Of a stretch of 64,000 nucleotides of DNA, positions 62,401-64,000 are shown piece by piece. Source of the DNA: Podarcis bocagei (Eukaryota); assembly GCA_964188305.1 (NCBI GenBank), contig OZ076895.1; one strand, written 5' to 3'. The notes under the pieces were generated by a model. That model saw only the letters and a list, made by a program, of their open reading frames with translations, did not search any database and had not been told where the DNA came from. Each line of letters starts with the position of its first letter. Positions within the stretch are counted from its first letter, which is position 1. The translations under genes were made by a program, and so were the position numbers.

Positions 62401-64000
62401 TAATTGAGATAGCTCACCATGCTTTTTACCAAAGGCATCGCTACTAATTAATTAGTAGAAATAGTAGCCTTTGCTACTCTGTTTTTGCCAGGTACAAACC
62501 AGCTGTCCATATATAAACAGCTGTGCTCATGGCACATGTCCTTACCTTAAGAGTGAATTACTAAATCTACCATAAATGTAACTACAAACAAAGTCAGATC
62601 AGCTGATGGATGACAGCCATTTGTGTCCTGTTTTGGGCGGGGAAGCAGATCCAAGGTGAAATTATCTGCAAAGGCATTTCTCGCTTCAACTGTTCTCTGT
62701 TTATAACACACCGGAGACTGGATTGTGTGAGCTGGCATTGGAGGCGGGGAGCAGGAAATCCTTTTGTTTCTTAAGAAACGTATACACCAACATTTCGCCA
62801 AAAGGCCACAGGACAGCTTGCAACATCATAAAACAACATCATAACACAAGAACTTAAAAACGGCAGTCTCAATACAATTTATAAAAGCAGCAGTGTCAAA
62901 CTATTCATAAATCACTCCAGTCACAGTTCCCCTCATCCAAAATCCTGTTGGAAGAGGTGAGTCTTCATCTGTTTCCTAAAAGAAAACAAAGATGTTGCTA
63001 GGCGCATCTCGATGGGGAGTGTTCCACAGCCACTCCTCACTTGTCATCTTCCATAGTTTGAGGCAGTATACTTATGAATTCTGGTTGCTGGGAAGCAAAG
63101 AAGGAGAGAGTGCTCTCAGGTTCTGCTTTGTGGGCTTCCCATGGACATCTGTCTGGTTGGCCACTGATAACAGGATGCTGGACTAGGTAGGCCTTTGGTC
63201 TGATTCAGCAGACATTCCTTGCGTTTTTAAAATATTTGGAGCTGCCACCAAATAAACTCTTGCATGTGGCCTCCAGAAGGTTGCCCATGAGGAAATGCAG
63301 CTCTTTGGCTACGTATTTGTTCTGAAACCAGGAATTCACAGAAATGCCTACAGTGCACAGCACTGAACTCAGTAAGATTTACTTCTGAAAGAACATGCGC
63401 CGTATTGAGATGCACAGATGCAAATTGTTTTATAACCTTTTGTCCTGGTAAGAACCCTTCAGAGTAGGTCACTATTGTTCTCGCTTCACCTAGGAGAAGC
63501 TGCAGCTGAGAGAAGATTACTCATCCAAGGCCACACAGCAAATGCATTGCAGGTGGAATCCAGTCTCCTGGATTCACACTGGATCATTGGCCATTGGACC
63601 ACAAAAGGTTCAGACAGCCAGTTAACAGATCCAAATAATGTTTTAATGTCCATCCGCTAATCAGAGTTCATGACTGAGAAACAGGTTGCCCAAATCTAGC
63701 CAGTAAGAGCTGCAAGTAAACTCTGCCCAGTTGTTTCCCTTCTTCCCTTCTTCTGTGTCACAGTGCTCAAAGAAGGAGAGCAGTGAGATTTCCAGTGAAA
63801 GAGAAGAGTGGGGAGGGGAGGCAGTTATTTAGCACAACCACTCCCTTCTCCTGGGTTGACATCAACCATCTGGACCTTTGTTTCCCTCCATTTTCATTGT
63901 GTGATGTTTACCTTGGGCCTAGCCTGACATAATAATTATAGCCAAATATTTGCTTAAATTCGGATTGTGGCTTTCATTCCATTCTCCTCTGGCTGAAGAC

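Noticed and set aside
56050-64000. Search for a neighbouring gene upstream of MYH9
   Set aside because: No recognisable exons; only short ORFs and old SINE/LINE/MITE fragments. Small exons of another gene cannot be excluded by eye.

Overview
Vertebrate genomic DNA, almost certainly from a squamate and probably a lacertid lizard (it carries three Sauria/POM-type SINEs). The window holds the 5' half of MYH9 (non-muscle myosin heavy chain IIA) on the minus strand. This comprises a CpG-island promoter and non-coding first exon at ~55.4-55.9 kb, an ~18 kb intron 1, and 21 constitutive coding exons (exons 2-22, 36973 down to 206; 2838 nt = 946 codons) covering the motor domain, IQ neck and start of the rod. 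The gene continues beyond position 1. All exon borders were read directly (GT-AG) and join in frame. Noteworthy items: (1) a 63-nt frame-preserving cassette exon in loop 2 (6493-6555) resembling the MYH10 B2 insert; (2) a U12-type minor intron (15209-16141); (3) an intact hAT element in intron 1 whose interior looks like a captured CpG promoter/first exon in the same orientation as MYH9; (4) a possible relic loop-1 micro-exon; (5) inverted repeat pairs flanking exons 2 and 3; (6) a pre-miRNA-like hairpin; (7) a hairpin-rich minisatellite inside a Tc/mariner-like element; (8) a local ~145-bp duplication. Region 56-64 kb looks intergenic, with only old repeat fragments. All comparisons to known genes and repeat families are from memory; no searches were run.
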